A DNA stretch of 64,000 nt from an uncultured archaeon (lineage in GTDB: Archaea; Asgardarchaeota; Lokiarchaeia; Sigyniarchaeales; SOKP01). The translations under genes and the position numbers were made by a program. The notes beneath the pieces are model-generated. The model saw only the letters and a program-made list of their open reading frames with translations. It was not told where the DNA came from and ran no database searches. Of the stretch, positions 1 through 10,504 are shown in pieces. The DNA lies in contig CAZWEM010000009.1 of NCBI GenBank assembly GCA_964632315.1, positions 1-64,000 of the forward strand. The letters run 5' to 3'. How positions within the stretch are numbered: the stretch's first letter is position 1; each line of letters begins with the position of its first letter.

Positions 1-294
1 ACCCTCAAATAATTATAGTTTAAATTTTAATTAAAATAATTTTAGGGATAATATTCGTTATAAGATATACTTATTTTTATTTTAATTTGAAATTAACCAA
101 ATTTAATATAAAAAAATTGCTCTCGGATTTGTGATAAATCGTCAAATCAGAGAACTTTAATAATTTCATCAAGGATTTTAAAAATTATTTTCTAAGAATA
201 TGGATAAAATTTAATTAAATGCTTTTCCTAATGAATATTTATAAGAACGATTTTTAATTATAATTTTATATAGATATAGTGAGCGATATCAAAT

Positions 295-1551
295 ATGATA
301 CAAGGAATATTAACCTTCCAGTTTAAACTTAATCAAAAGGAAGATACTGGAGAAATTGACCCAGAGTTTAGTCCCATCCAATTGGTATTCCAAAACGAGG
401 ATTTTAAGGAGGAGAATTACGCAGAACTAATTGATGAGAATGATGTATTCGCAACTTTTTATCAACATACCGTTGGAATGTATGGCATGAGGTACGGATT
501 CACTAATTTTTACGAGGGACGATTAAAGGAGACGCCGTATCAAGTAATGTCTTATTTCAAGCAATTACCCGATGGAACGCAATATTTAGCCATTTCTATT
601 TTTGAATTAGACGATGAAACTGAGCTTTTCGCAGATTTGATAAAGGATATGGCTAAAAGATTAAATGATATTTTTGAACGATTAACAAAAGCAAAAAATA
701 CAAAACAGTTAGATTTAATTTCGAATGTTAACGTTCGATTAAAAAATGAATTGAAATATACTATATTCCAGATTGAACGTCTTAGTAACTTGGATAAACT
801 CCAGAAAGTTGCATTAATCTATAATAGTGATGAACGGCTCAAAATCCTGGAAATGTTAAGAGAAAGACCCGTTTCTAAAAAAGAACTCAAGAATACTGTT
901 GAAAAGATGAGACCAACAGCAAACATAGATATTTTACTCCAACCTTTCTTAGAACTTAATTTAATTAGACGGGATTGGATTAAAGGGGAGAAAGATCGAA
1001 AGACAGGAATAGTCACCAATCAAGGCGAATATTTGTTCATGGTAAAGGACATCATTTTTGCACGAGTTCCAAACGAAAATTTATTAAAGCACTTTAAGGA
1101 TACGAATAATGAACTATTTGAACCATTCAAGCAAAGGTCTATTGATTTTTTCAGTAATTACGATGCTTATGAACAACCCAGAGAAGAGATTAAAAAGCTT
1201 GCGTCAATCCTGTTGAATCCGGATATTTATGATTTCTTCATTTTGATGCGGAATAATCATTACCCGTTGGATAAAATCCCTAAAGTTTTTAGTGAATTTG
1301 CGATCACAGAGATCCTATTAGATAACTTGAAAAAATTGAATATTATTACAGAGATAAAAGATCAGAACAAAAGAGACTGGATCTTGTTACTAACCGATAT
1401 CAAACCAATAACGATATTCCCAGAATTCTTGTTGCCCAAAATCAGATCCGCTTATAGAAAAGAAGAACCCGATGGGAAAATCACCATGGAAATAGCAAAA
1501 AAGGCATTAAGCTTACTTGAAGTATCGTATCCCGAGAAAATTACTTTTTAA
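295..1551 (+). CDS. Hypothetical protein; possible longin/uDENN-like N-terminus and winged-helix segments
   Basis: 418-aa ORF; segment ERLKILEMLRERPVSKKEL...LLQPFLELNLI looks wHTH-like; fold assignment is inference. Confidence 0.5.
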   Translation: MIQGILTFQFKLNQKEDTGEIDPEFSPIQLVFQNEDFKEENYAELIDENDVFATFYQHTVGMYGMRYGFTNFYEGRLKETPYQVMSYFKQLPDGTQYLAISIFELDDETELFADLIKDMAKRLNDIFERLTKAKNTKQLDLISNVNVRLKNELKYTIFQIERLSNLDKLQKVALIYNSDERLKILEMLRERPVSKKELKNTVEKMRPTANIDILLQPFLELNLIRRDWIKGEKDRKTGIVTNQGEYLFMVKDIIFARVPNENLLKHFKDTNNELFEPFKQRSIDFFSNYDAYEQPREEIKKLASILLNPDIYDFFILMRNNHYPLDKIPKVFSEFAITEILLDNLKKLNIITEIKDQNKRDWILLLTDIKPITIFPEFLLPKIRSAYRKEEPDGKITMEIAKKALSLLEVSYPEKITF

Positions 1552-1562
1552 TAAAAAAAGAG

Positions 1563-3767
1563 TTGATAAAAAAGATGTACATGTTTAAAGATAAGGATTC
1601 AGTTGAAATACCTTATACATGTAAATTGTGTTTACAAGAACTTAAATTCACGGTGACAAAGGAAGAATACAAAGCAGTGACTAAATTTCCTATCAAGAAG
1701 GAAATAACACACGGAGATCCTAAACATATTTTAATAGCATATTTAAATCAATACCTTGAAGTCGAGAATTTTGAAATTAAAGAATTGAAAGAGAAAAAAG
1801 ATGTTGTTTATTCAAAAGATCTCACGCGCCAGGTTCTAAGCGAGTTAGATCTATCTGATGATGAGATCGAGCTTTATTTCCGAACCACTGGCCGAGAAGC
1901 AGTTTCCGTTGGAGAAATGGCCATTTTGATTAATAAATCTAAGGAACAGTGTGAAGCCATAGCAAAGAAATTCCTTCAAAAGGGGTTGTTCAAAGAAATC
2001 GTCGGAGCAAAGCCGCATTATGCCGCACTTCCTCCGTATGCTGCACTGGTTGCGCAGTTAAAAAAGTTTCATCAATACATTTCGGATATCAAGACTTCAT
2101 TACCGATTCAATTAGATCAATCATTTAAAAAACTGGAGACTACTGCTGAGCAAGCAGAAAAAGCTCCAGATTCCAGTGAATTAATGACTGAATTGAAATC
2201 CAACATGCTTAACCAGATTAAGTCACAAAAGAAAGAATTTGATGATACAATGGCAGTTATGGATCAAATTAGAGGAATAACGGATGAAATTTCTTCTCTT
2301 GAAGGGTATACCGAGGGAGTCATGAGCGATCAACTTGGCGATCTTACTAATCAGTTTCAGGATATAAACCAAAGAACTTCCTCAATCATTAAAAATCAAA
2401 TAGGTGAATTGAGAGAAGAATTTGGTAATATAAAGTCAACGATTTCTAATAATCTTCAAAAACTGCGACTTGGGGTGATCCAAAAAACTGTAGATGACGT
2501 CATTGAAAAGGTAGTGGACAGACGATTAAAGGATATTGTAGATAATATAAACGTGCAACTTAGCGTAAAGGAAGTGGCTTTTAGCGATGAGCTTAAAAAA
2601 GTTACGCAAGGGCTCAATACCGATCTCGTGAATAAAATCAAAACATCGATTCAAAGCACCCTTAAAAATCTTGACGGAATATCGGCAAAATCTGATGAGG
2701 ACAAAGAGAAAATATTTTCAAGCATTAGTGATAACTTTAATAAAGCCGTAGAAATGGCAGAAAGCAAGATTCAGGGCATTTCAGGAGGAGTTTTTGAATC
2801 ATTTGGAGATATGAAAGATATTTTTTCAAATCAGATAATTTCTACGCTTGATGGAACCTTATCAGATATCTTGAAAAGACTTGAAATTTCTGAAACGGTC
2901 ACAAATGAATTTTGGAACCAGGCTAAAACTGGAGCTGGTTTAACAATGAGAGATATTTGGTTCATCAGATCTCCAGAAAGTGCCCAAGCCCACATCAATG
3001 ATGAAATTTCTAAGGCTAAGATGAGAGTGTTAATTGTTGCTCCTACAATAAGTGACATTGATATGAATGCCCTTAAAGAGCGCCCTGCAAGGATCAATTT
3101 TAGAATCGCCGCAAGCATTGATATGGAAAATCCCGAACATGTCGCGATCATCAATCAGTTAGATCAGATGGATAATGTAGATTATAGACATCGTGCGTTG
3201 CAAAACCTATGGGGTATTAATCGTGACTACGAAGAAGTAATTGTATGCGTGCTTTCAAAAACAGAAATAAAGGACGGGCTGGCTACTGAAATTGCTGGAA
3301 TTGGGAGTATCATTCAGGAGCATATCAAAATATTTGTCCCGATACTGGAGGAAGCCTGGATGTCTGCAAGGAAGGAAGTAGTTCATTCGATTAAGGCTAG
3401 TATGACAACAAATGCTGAAACACCTATAGAACCAGAAAATATAACTCCCGTGGAAGTCACTCCAGAAATTAAACCGCCAGAACCAAAACCTCAACCAGCA
3501 ACGGGAGGAACCGTATCGAAAGTTCTTTTAGGAAAGCAATTTGACTTAGTATTTAATAGTGTTGACTCATTAACTGGAGTCGAGATAGCAGCCGCATTAG
3601 AGAAGTTCCAAAGCGAATACGTGAAAACGCAAGGATACAGTAGCGTGCTTAAAAACATGAGAAACACGGGGGACGAATTAAAAGCGAAACCCTACGTATT
3701 AAGTCAGTCAGAACAACAAGATCTTAAAGTTAAGATGAAATTTTGGAAACAAAAACTCAATTTTTAA
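1563..3767 (+). CDS. TrmB-like HTH, long coiled-coil and PLD-like effector domain protein
   Basis: 734 aa; LDLSDDEIELY...GLFKEIVGAKPHYAALPP resembles a TrmB HTH; heptad-rich middle; AHINDEISKAKMRVLIVAP resembles TrmB/PLD-like domains; 11 nt after the previous gene. Confidence 0.55.
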   Translation: MIKKMYMFKDKDSVEIPYTCKLCLQELKFTVTKEEYKAVTKFPIKKEITHGDPKHILIAYLNQYLEVENFEIKELKEKKDVVYSKDLTRQVLSELDLSDDEIELYFRTTGREAVSVGEMAILINKSKEQCEAIAKKFLQKGLFKEIVGAKPHYAALPPYAALVAQLKKFHQYISDIKTSLPIQLDQSFKKLETTAEQAEKAPDSSELMTELKSNMLNQIKSQKKEFDDTMAVMDQIRGITDEISSLEGYTEGVMSDQLGDLTNQFQDINQRTSSIIKNQIGELREEFGNIKSTISNNLQKLRLGVIQKTVDDVIEKVVDRRLKDIVDNINVQLSVKEVAFSDELKKVTQGLNTDLVNKIKTSIQSTLKNLDGISAKSDEDKEKIFSSISDNFNKAVEMAESKIQGISGGVFESFGDMKDIFSNQIISTLDGTLSDILKRLEISETVTNEFWNQAKTGAGLTMRDIWFIRSPESAQAHINDEISKAKMRVLIVAPTISDIDMNALKERPARINFRIAASIDMENPEHVAIINQLDQMDNVDYRHRALQNLWGINRDYEEVIVCVLSKTEIKDGLATEIAGIGSIIQEHIKIFVPILEEAWMSARKEVVHSIKASMTTNAETPIEPENITPVEVTPEIKPPEPKPQPATGGTVSKVLLGKQFDLVFNSVDSLTGVEIAAALEKFQSEYVKTQGYSSVLKNMRNTGDELKAKPYVLSQSEQQDLKVKMKFWKQKLNF

Positions 3768-3862
3768 TTTTCTTTTTATTATTCTAAATTTTTACATTCT
3801 TTATACTATTGTGAGTAAAATCTAATCAAATAATTATTAATTTAGATTTAATTTTACTTTTC

Positions 3863-4849
3863 ATGGTAAATGACGCAATAACACTTGAAACAACAAAAAT
3901 TAATGATTATTTACATCACATCGATCTAAAAGCTTATGGAAGTCCCAGGCAATTATCGGTATATCTTGCTGAATTTGATAATGCCACGGTTTTATTTGAT
4001 TGTGGTTCTTCTTTGGATGCTAAAAAAGTAATTCGTTATTGTAAGAAAAATGACATTCCTCTTTCTGCTTTTAAGTATTTAGTCACTTCCCATCATCATT
4101 TTGACCATAATGGAGGACAGTTCATTCTCTACAATGAATTAAAAAAGCATAATCCGCACGTTAAGATTCTCACTAATTCTAAAACAAAAGAATTGTTGAA
4201 TGATTTTGAAGATCATTTAACTCGTGCTAAAAGGACATATGGTAATCTTACGGGTATCATGGAAAAAATAGAAGAAGAGGCTTTTAAGATCATCGAACCA
4301 TCATCGAAATTCAATGGGAATATCGAGCCCATCGATTCATTTGAGATAAATGATACAAAGGTTCAATTAGTGATTTATAAAACTCCTGGTCACACTCCAG
4401 ATCATGTATGCCCCGCTTTTATTCGAAATGGTAAACTTGAGTTCATTTTTTGGGGTGAAGCAGTCGGGACCATTTATCATTCTACTAAATTGGTTACGAT
4501 GCCAACCAGCATGCCAATATATTATAATCATGAAGATTACATGAACACTTTAAGCAATTTAAAAAAATTTAAAGCTGAGAAAGCAGGTTTTGGACACTTT
4601 GGAGTCATAAATGGTACTGATAATGTTTCTACTATCATAAATGAGCATGAAGTCTTCATGAAAGAGTTTCGTCAAAAAATTATTGATTTTTATGCTGAAA
4701 AGCCAGAAACAAGATACGTGTTTGAAAAAATTTTACCCGATTTAACTCCACGCACAGATCTACCAATCGATTCTAATCCAGTTTTCAAGAACATTGCATT
4801 AGGCATTGTATATGGAATGATGATGGATTTAGGATATCGAAAGGATTGA
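3863..4849 (+). CDS. MBL-fold metallo-hydrolase
   Basis: SHHHFDHNGG (HxHxDH), TPGHTPDH and GFGH motifs. Confidence 0.9.
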   Translation: MVNDAITLETTKINDYLHHIDLKAYGSPRQLSVYLAEFDNATVLFDCGSSLDAKKVIRYCKKNDIPLSAFKYLVTSHHHFDHNGGQFILYNELKKHNPHVKILTNSKTKELLNDFEDHLTRAKRTYGNLTGIMEKIEEEAFKIIEPSSKFNGNIEPIDSFEINDTKVQLVIYKTPGHTPDHVCPAFIRNGKLEFIFWGEAVGTIYHSTKLVTMPTSMPIYYNHEDYMNTLSNLKKFKAEKAGFGHFGVINGTDNVSTIINEHEVFMKEFRQKIIDFYAEKPETRYVFEKILPDLTPRTDLPIDSNPVFKNIALGIVYGMMMDLGYRKD

Positions 4850-4887
4850 GAGTTAACCATTAAAAACCTCATTCTTTATTATTTATA

Positions 4888-6096
4888 ATGAATTCTGATT
4901 CCAATTTTTTCGATGTCGTGATCATTGGTGGAAGTCTCGCTGGAAACTACTTAGCTTACCTTCTTTCAGAATATAGGTTAAAGATTTTAGTTATTGAAGA
5001 ACATTCTGAAATTGGGTTACCTATGCAATGCGCTGGAATCATTTCAAAAAAATTGGGTCACTTGATAAATTTTCCTTCAAATTTAATCCTTAATAGAGTC
5101 AAAATTGCTAGATTAGTCTCTCCTTCTGGACGTGCCATTAGGTTATCTGGAGATGAGGAACCTTATATCATAGACAGAATCGGATTAGATCGGTTGTTCT
5201 ACGAGAAGATTAAAACTAAAAAAAATGTAAAATACCTTTTAGGAGAGAAATACAAATCATTCAATTATATTGCTGATTGCAATGAAAAATTGATAGAAAT
5301 TAAAACATCATCTAACGTATTTAAGGCAAATATGTTAATAGGCTGTGATGGACCTCTTTCTTCTGTTGCTAAAGGTTTTAATCAATCTAATGATATATTA
5401 TATGCTTATCAAATTCGAATTAAAGCGGATTTTGCTGAAAATGTAGCAACAATGTACTTTCATCCATATTGGAAAGAATTATTTGGATGGATTGTCCCAG
5501 AAGGGAATAGTTTATGTAGAATTGGAATTGCCACTAAAAAAAACACTGCTAAAGCCTTCCGGATATTCATGAAACTAATAGCATTAAATCCCAAGGATGC
5601 TGTTGAAAGACAAGGTGGTTTAATCCCTTATGGAATGATGAAAAAGTGCGCTTTTGACAACGTGTTATTATTAGGTGATTCTGCCTGCCAAGTTAAAGCT
5701 ACAACTGGAGGTGGAATAGTGATGCTTCTTACAGCAGCAAAAATGGCCGCTAAATGTATCAAAGAATGTTTTGAAGTACAAGATTTTTCCAGGAAATTTA
5801 TTAAAAGTCAATATGAAAGACCAATCAAAGCCATGATAGGGAATCAATTAAAAATTCATTACATTTTGAGAAAGATTTTAGAGGTAATAACGCCAAATGA
5901 ATTCGATTTGCTATTTCAAATAATCAAGAGTAATAGAATTGAAAAGTTAATTTCAATATATGGTGACATGGATTTTCCAAGAGATTTAGCTTTCAAGATA
6001 TTAAGAAATTTTCTTTTTCAAAAATTCCTCTTTAAATTTAGCATGAAACACCCACTTCTCATTATTAAGATCATTCTTATTTACATTTTTCATTAA
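4888..6096 (+). CDS. Geranylgeranyl reductase family FAD-dependent oxidoreductase
   Basis: DVVIIGGSLAG, QCAG, GCDG, FGWIVP and LLGDSACQVKATTGGGI motifs. Confidence 0.85.
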   Translation: MNSDSNFFDVVIIGGSLAGNYLAYLLSEYRLKILVIEEHSEIGLPMQCAGIISKKLGHLINFPSNLILNRVKIARLVSPSGRAIRLSGDEEPYIIDRIGLDRLFYEKIKTKKNVKYLLGEKYKSFNYIADCNEKLIEIKTSSNVFKANMLIGCDGPLSSVAKGFNQSNDILYAYQIRIKADFAENVATMYFHPYWKELFGWIVPEGNSLCRIGIATKKNTAKAFRIFMKLIALNPKDAVERQGGLIPYGMMKKCAFDNVLLLGDSACQVKATTGGGIVMLLTAAKMAAKCIKECFEVQDFSRKFIKSQYERPIKAMIGNQLKIHYILRKILEVITPNEFDLLFQIIKSNRIEKLISIYGDMDFPRDLAFKILRNFLFQKFLFKFSMKHPLLIIKIILIYIFH

Positions 6097-6176
6097 AAAT
6101 GTAGCAAAAATATAGCATTTTTATAGAAAGAACATCTATGTATCTTTATTAGAATACCTAATTCAGTGTTATTAAA

Positions 6177-7355
6177 ATGGAATGTAGAGAACGTGTAATG
6201 ACTGCATTGAATCTGGAAGTACCTGATAGGGTACCTTGCCATACAATTTTGATTGATGCAAATAACGTGGATGAAATTCTTGGGAAACCAGCAATTTCAG
6301 ATTTTGATACAGTCGATCAACTAAAAAGAGATAACCCAGATGGTTGGAGAGAAGAACTTACTAATTTAATCGATGCTGTAGAGACTTCTGTATTTTCGCG
6401 CTGCGTAGAAGCAGCAGCAACCATAGGTTTGGATGTAATGCAAGTTGGGATCATTCCTTTAAAAGCTGTGGAGATCCCGGGGGATGATCGACTTTTGATG
6501 GATGATATTTTTGGCAGGATCTGGGAGTTGCGAGATAATGAAGGAAATTTTAATCCGTATTATTTATACGGTACAATGAATAGTCCAGAAAAGTGGGAGG
6601 AGGTTAAAGCGAACATTGAAGGTCCTGCAACAGAAAAATATACTAAGATGGTTAGAAAGTTCTACAAGAGAATTAACAAAAGGCATAAAGATAAAATTTT
6701 TGTGATTGTCACAAACGATTTAGCAGGCGTTTTTGAGAGCGCTTCGCAAGGAATGGGCATAGCATACTATTCTAAGATACTTCATAAAAATCCTAAATTT
6801 ATAAAGGAAGTACATGAAGTCATAGCTAGATTTACTGCAGAATGTTATAACGCTTACATGGATGTAGGTGCTGAGGTTTTTGTCGAGTCTGGAGATCTTG
6901 CTTATCATACTGGACCCATGATGAGTCCAAAAAAGTTTAGAGAATTACTTTTGCCCGCATATCGAATCATAACTGATGCAGTGCATGAAAGAGAGCAAAA
7001 AATCGTGTTACACACGGACGGACAAGTAACTCCCTTGTTAGATTTTGTTGTAGATTGCGGATTTGATGGTTTACAAAGTCTTGAACCAACTGCGGGAGTA
7101 GATCTCGCTTTAGTCAAAAAAAAAGTTGGGGATAAATTATGTTTAATGGGTAATATCGATGTTGCTCATGATCTAGTGTATGGCACTAAAGATGAAGTCT
7201 ATAATGCGGTAAAATATGCCATAAAAACAGGAGGACCTGGTGGAGGATTTATGGTAAGCGCAGCAAACATGCATCCAGGAGTAAAGGTTGATAACTTGAA
7301 ATGGATGGTGGAAGCAACGAAGAAGTATGGAGAATATCCGTTAAAGTTAGATTAA
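6177..7355 (+). CDS. Uroporphyrinogen decarboxylase / MtaA-CmuA methyltransferase family protein
   Basis: RERVMTALNLEVPDRVP N-terminus; LHTDG, LCLMGNID, GGGFMVSAAN. Confidence 0.8.
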   Translation: MECRERVMTALNLEVPDRVPCHTILIDANNVDEILGKPAISDFDTVDQLKRDNPDGWREELTNLIDAVETSVFSRCVEAAATIGLDVMQVGIIPLKAVEIPGDDRLLMDDIFGRIWELRDNEGNFNPYYLYGTMNSPEKWEEVKANIEGPATEKYTKMVRKFYKRINKRHKDKIFVIVTNDLAGVFESASQGMGIAYYSKILHKNPKFIKEVHEVIARFTAECYNAYMDVGAEVFVESGDLAYHTGPMMSPKKFRELLLPAYRIITDAVHEREQKIVLHTDGQVTPLLDFVVDCGFDGLQSLEPTAGVDLALVKKKVGDKLCLMGNIDVAHDLVYGTKDEVYNAVKYAIKTGGPGGGFMVSAANMHPGVKVDNLKWMVEATKKYGEYPLKLD

Positions 7356-7720
7356 ATTGGAGATACCATTGAAAAGAATGGTATTTGGTGAAAAATTAAA
7401 AGCCAAACTATCATGAAAGCTATTACTACTATAACTGTAATGAGCCCAAAATAAGAAACTCCCTTTGGAATTCCTAAGTCTTCATTTTTTCTTTGAATTA
7501 TTGCGCGAACCATCGCAACAAGGTAAATTAGTGTAATTATCAAGGAAACTATCCATAAAAATAGCATGAATAAAGTTAAAGTATAAATAGGTTCTCCGTT
7601 AAATGTTAACGCGTTTAACCATCGCCAATAAGTGACGATTAAATAGCTCGGGATTGAACCATATATCGCAGCAGTTAATAAAAAAGTAAAACTCCAAAGA
7701 TAGCCCTTGAGACTTGACAT
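7352..7720 (-). CDS. Small membrane protein (about 3 TM)
   Basis: 122 aa with hydrophobic stretches. Confidence 0.6.
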   Translation of the reverse strand: MSSLKGYLWSFTFLLTAAIYGSIPSYLIVTYWRWLNALTFNGEPIYTLTLFMLFLWIVSLIITLIYLVAMVRAIIQRKNEDLGIPKGVSYFGLITVIVVIAFMIVWLLIFHQIPFFSMVSPI

Positions 7721-7797
7721 ATTAATAGTTAATTATTCAATTCGTTTTTAATTTTTGTTTTAAAAAAATAAAGAAAAGAAATAAAAAAAAATAAAAT

Positions 7798-9495
7798 TTA
7801 ATGTAGAAACCGAGCTAAGAAAGATAGACCACTTTGAGGAGGAGACATTGTCACAATTAGAAAAGTTAGTAAGACAGATCCAATAATTGCTCCGACCAAA
7901 ATATTACCCGTTTTTTGGTACGAGATTACGCAGACTGCCGAAGTTAATAGAAACATTACCACCGAAATTGGGAGAAAGGTTCCAAAATAGAAAAAACTTC
8001 TAGTGATGAACCCTAAGACCAATAAATAAACAAAGTAGTATAAAAATGGAAACAAGAATCCGAGAAATATCACCTTGAGAAGATCTTTGAGAGAATTCGA
8101 ATATTTACGTTGAATTATGGCTTGCATTAATATGTTCTGTATCAAGAGAACGACTAATGCCATTATGAAAAAAATAGGTATCGTCCAGATCTTTTCCAAT
8201 GATGGAAGTAAACCCAAATAATTCAATCCGATTGAAGAATAAGCTATTAAGTATAATATGACTGATAAAATTGCTCCCATAATTGCATGTCTGCCGAGTT
8301 TCTTTTTATCTTTGAAGATGTTTCTGAACATATCGCGGAACTTATAATCCACTTTTTTACTGATACGCCAGAGAAGAATTACAATCCCAAAAATCTGACC
8401 ATAAAGTAACGCCATGACGAATGCTGCAACGGCCAGAGGCAATATAAGTAAAATTGGGAAAAAAATCAGTATTCCCACCGGAGCTAATATCAAAGTATAT
8501 AATATTGACTTTACGATGATGGACCCTTTTGAAATACTTTCCGTTTTTATTTCAAAATACTCTAACTTTACTTCTTTTTCATTATCTCTCCTAAATAAGA
8601 ATAGTTTTGAAAGAGGATCTATTATTAAAAAGAAAAACCCGATGCCTCCGATGACTTGAAAAAGAAGGATAAGTCCTCGGATGTTCACGTAAAAAAGATT
8701 ATCAATTACATCAATATCAAAAGAATTAATAGCCCAATCTCTTGCTTGTCTTATGAAATCATAATCCCAAGCAACTTTCAAGTGGTTACTATCCTCATCT
8801 AAGTAAATCATTGATGCATTACCTTGATTAAAACAACCGTACATTTTATTCGCGTAAATCGATGAAACGGGTAGACCTGTTCTTATGGATAAGCTTTCTT
8901 TGAGGGTTTGGAGTTGGATTGCTTCATCAAATATTGCTTGAATCATCAGAACATCTAATGGATTTGTTATTGTTCCATTTCTCAGATCAGGGTACAACCA
9001 AGTTCCTATCCCTATAAAACATTTAAAGGAATTATCTACTTGGATTAATTCTTGACCTATTCCTCCCATGCTATATCCAATATATCCTAATGAATTCATA
9101 TCAACATCTCCTCGAGATTGGAGATAATTTCGAATTGCAACAACATCTTTCGTCATGTTATCCGTTCCTCCCGAACCACTCTGTCCATGACCTCGAAAAT
9201 CAAATGGCACTGCAATGAATCCCGCTGCTGCTAATTCCAACGCATAACCCTTTACCATTTCTTTATTTACCATTGATCCATGTCCAATTAGAAATGCTGG
9301 TTTATTGGTCCCTCCTTCACGTGGCTCGAACACATTAAAAGCGATAGTAACACCGTCATCAGTGATAGTTGATAAACCATAAGCACTTTTTACTGAGATT
9401 GGTACCGTAAAAATCAACACAGTACCAACTATGTAAATACTTAGGAAAAAAATAATCAATATCGTCTGGTTTTTTGTTAAAATTTGCCTTGACAT
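7798..9495 (-). CDS. Membrane-anchored alpha/beta hydrolase with multi-TM C-terminus
   Basis: DFRGHGQS and GYSMGG nucleophile elbow; N-terminal TM and several C-terminal TMs. Confidence 0.8.
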   Translation of the reverse strand: MSRQILTKNQTILIIFFLSIYIVGTVLIFTVPISVKSAYGLSTITDDGVTIAFNVFEPREGGTNKPAFLIGHGSMVNKEMVKGYALELAAAGFIAVPFDFRGHGQSGSGGTDNMTKDVVAIRNYLQSRGDVDMNSLGYIGYSMGGIGQELIQVDNSFKCFIGIGTWLYPDLRNGTITNPLDVLMIQAIFDEAIQLQTLKESLSIRTGLPVSSIYANKMYGCFNQGNASMIYLDEDSNHLKVAWDYDFIRQARDWAINSFDIDVIDNLFYVNIRGLILLFQVIGGIGFFFLIIDPLSKLFLFRRDNEKEVKLEYFEIKTESISKGSIIVKSILYTLILAPVGILIFFPILLILPLAVAAFVMALLYGQIFGIVILLWRISKKVDYKFRDMFRNIFKDKKKLGRHAIMGAILSVILYLIAYSSIGLNYLGLLPSLEKIWTIPIFFIMALVVLLIQNILMQAIIQRKYSNSLKDLLKVIFLGFLFPFLYYFVYLLVLGFITRSFFYFGTFLPISVVMFLLTSAVCVISYQKTGNILVGAIIGSVLLTFLIVTMSPPQSGLSFLARFLH

Positions 9496-9541
9496 ATATT
9501 AATTATTCTCTCTCATATTATTTAAAGTGATTTGATAATGT

Positions 9542-9570
9542 ATCTTATCCCTTTAGACAAGGGATAAGAT
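9542..9570. promoter_or_regulatory. Perfect 12-bp inverted repeat (candidate operator)
   Basis: ATCTTATCCCTT-tagac-AAGGGATAAGAT in the divergent intergenic region, about 47 nt upstream of the hydrolase start. Confidence 0.5.
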
Positions 9571-9859
9571 GAATGGAAAAGAAAAGAATTAGGGATAATA
9601 TAACAGATTTCTTTGAGATATTTATATTTATGAGAGACCAATTTTTATTAAATGAGGTACAATATAGTCTAATTAGAGCTATGAATAAGGAAATATCCCA
9701 TTTTTATGTTGCTAATTAAATTTAAATTAACCATTTTAGCCTTGCCTAAAACTTGTACTAAGAGGAGTTTCATTAATATAATAGTAGGATTAAATTTTTA
9801 TTCGATTAAATATTCAAGCTAACAAAATCAATAAAAATTTCGAAAAATAGTGAAATTCG

Positions 9860-10423
9860 ATGGACAATGAATTAGCAAATCCGGCTCCTCTTGGACTCAT
9901 GGGATTTGGCATGACAACAGTTTTACTAAATCTACATAATGCTGGTTTTTATGCTTTAGGACCGATGATACTAAGTATGGGAATATTTTACGGGGGACTT
10001 GCTCAAATTATAGCGGGAATCATGGAATATAAAAAGGGAAATAGTTTTGGAACGCTAGCTTTTACCTCGTATGGAATATTTTGGTGGTCTCTAGTCTTTA
10101 TTAATCTCTTGCCTAATACGGATCTCTGGGCTACAGCATCTGGTGCTTCAGAAATAGGAACTTATCTCGTGATGTGGGGGATCTTTACCTTACTCATGTT
10201 TTTTGGAACATTAAAACTGAACCGAGCGTTACAAGTCGTCTTTTTGACGTTAACCATATTATTCTTTTTGTTGGCGATTGGAGACTTTACTGGTTTCACT
10301 CCAATAACAGTGATAGCTGGCTATGAAGGGATCTTATGTGGTGCTAGTGCAATGTACACGTCAATCGCAGAAATTTTGAATAGCCTCTATGGAAGAACTA
10401 TTTTGCCCATTGGCAGTAGATAA
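9860..10423 (+). CDS. satP: Acetate/succinate uptake channel, GPR1/FUN34/YaaH (SatP) family
   Basis: [11 protein letters not shown] signature; about 6 TMs. Confidence 0.9.
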   Translation: MDNELANPAPLGLMGFGMTTVLLNLHNAGFYALGPMILSMGIFYGGLAQIIAGIMEYKKGNSFGTLAFTSYGIFWWSLVFINLLPNTDLWATASGASEIGTYLVMWGIFTLLMFFGTLKLNRALQVVFLTLTILFFLLAIGDFTGFTPITVIAGYEGILCGASAMYTSIAEILNSLYGRTILPIGSR

Positions 10424-10504
10424 TTCGAAATTTAACTTTTTATTTTTTTTTATATTTCAAAACGAATAAGGAAAGATTAAAGTCATTTAAAGCCAGTGTT
10501 AAAA

